Shown here: piece by piece, positions 62,461 through 64,000 of the stretch
How the letters are laid out: each line of letters starts with the position of its first letter
Position numbering within the stretch: position 1 is the stretch's first letter
From: Lama guanicoe
Lineage: Eukaryota
Direction of reading: 5' to 3'
Assembly: GCA_013239625.1 (NCBI GenBank)
Contig: MU054187.1
Coordinates: 12,069,325 to 12,133,324 of the forward strand
DNA: 64,000 nt
Translations under genes and position numbers: made by a program
Notes under the pieces: generated by a model
What the model saw: the letters and a program-made list of their open reading frames with translations, nothing else
The model's database searches: none
What the model was told of the DNA's origin: nothing

Positions 62461-64000
62461 ACCCTGCAATGTAGGCTTCTGCGGGTGTGAGTCTCATTAA
62501 AGGCAGACAGAGGATGGGTTATGGAACCCTTAGAGTCAGCGTTGGGCCAGCAGAAATCCTAAAACCGTGGCTGGACACAGGAAGCTGAGGGGTCAAGTCT
62601 GAAGCCCATCCCTGAGGGTGCCGGCTGCACACCGCCACCCTGGGTTCTTGCACCTGTGCACGTGGGTATTTCAAACCTGACTGAGGACCTTTAATGTCAC
62701 CAGTCACGTTGCTAAGAACCTGACAGATGAAACCCAATCAGGACACTTGCTACACTGATAAACACAATTCTGAAGTTGGCCACAGGTGTGGAATTTTCTC
62801 ACAAGCGGCCAGCAGCCCCCTGCAATGAGCCTCCTCATCGGAAACTAGTGGGCCGTGCGGAGGTGTCTCCCAGGTTAGCTGCTCCTAAAGTTTATCCACC
62901 CTTCCCAGGTAAGCCACCTGGGTATGTGCAAGGACCGTGGAGGCTGGAGGACAGGGCTTGGAGCCTGCCCTGACACAGCCCACATAGGATGGTCCTGTCC
63001 TGGGCACTCTTCTGGAAACTTTCCACTTACCTCCCTGAGTCGGCCTCCTTTCCTGGTCCCCACTGCCTCTTTTCTTGCTTCCTCACCTCTGCCTGGGGAG
63101 AACAGCAGGTGAGGGTGACACATTAGCAGGTGGCAGCCCTGCAACTCCTGCGGAAGGTCCAGCGGAGGTTCGCTCAGACCAGGCCACCCGCACGGCCACG
63201 GCCCCTCACTCCCAGCCGCCGGCCCAGCCCCACAGCCGCTGGCAGGGCAGGGAGTATGGCCTGAGGTGCACCTGCTGTGCTCTTGCTGCCTGGAGGGGGT
63301 GTTTACACAGACCTCAATCCAGGCTCACCTGGGAAGGGCTGGCCAGTCAGGCTGCCCAGGTCGGCCAGTCCGCACCCATAAGGGGCTCATAGTTGCAGGA
63401 AATGGGCCTTGTTGAGCCAGTCAGTCCCAGGAACAGCGGTGGGGGCCTAAGGGTCAGGACGGCCTTGGGCGGAAGCTCTGGCTTGTTTTCTGATCATTTT
63501 ACCTGGCCCATGAGGTGGGGCAACTTCCAGCAAACCCTCTCTGCATGAGAAAGAACCAGGAGACAGGGAGAGGAGGGGTGGTGGGCAGGACAGAGGCCTG
63601 TTGCCCCGGATGCTGTGGAAGCCTCTGGAAGAGTGAGGGAGGGAGGCCGCACAGCGTGAAGCCCAGGTCACAGACATGTCCCGGAGCTGCTGTTTGTCAG
63701 GTCAGGTCCTGCTCCGAGGTGCTAAGGGTCAGGTGGGGCTGGAGGGTGCTCTGCATCCAGGGCTATGTGCACGGTTCCTGTGTGCCGAGCCCTCCTGGGG
63801 CGCCTGCCTGGGTCAGCCCGTGCGCTGGGAGGGGCCTGCCCAGCTGAGTCCCGTATCCTGAGACACGTCTGCCCACGTGAGCCCCGGGGGCTGCTGGGTG
63901 CCTGCCCACGTGGGCCCCGTGCCCTGGGAGGAGCATGCGAGCAAGCGTCTTTTCTTTGCAGCCGGCACAGAGCTGCTTAGTAACTCGCCTGTGGGCAGCG

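Noticed and set aside
62480..64000. GC-rich end of the window with short ORFs and imperfect repeats (TGCCCACGTG twice)
   Set aside because: No recognisable protein, exon structure or regular periodicity, and truncated by the window edge

Overview
Mammalian genomic DNA, most likely camelid (alpaca/llama/camel), inferred from many copies of a short tRNA-derived Vic-1-like SINE. The window holds one complete protein-coding gene, PRDM14, on the minus strand. It has 7 coding exons from 46837 to 32695, all with GT-AG junctions in phase, totalling 1716 nt (571 aa, PR/SET domain plus C2H2 fingers), a probable non-coding exon 1 and a large CpG island. Downstream of the gene are: (i) an orphan CpG island with a (GGC)10 tract and a splice donor, fused to an almost perfect 23 x 57-bp hairpin-forming minisatellite; (ii) two near-identical copies, 8.2 kb apart, of a 1.74-kb segment carrying a frameshifted ferritin light chain (FTL) retropseudogene with a mutated iron-responsive element, with a 98-N gap in the second copy; (iii) several very short retroposed RNAs with target-site duplications (TSDs), including an apparent 5'-end-only mRNA fragment. 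The rest is typical interspersed repeat (L1, L2, MIR, MER, LTR). Repeat family names were assigned by eye and their boundaries are approximate. No database search was possible.
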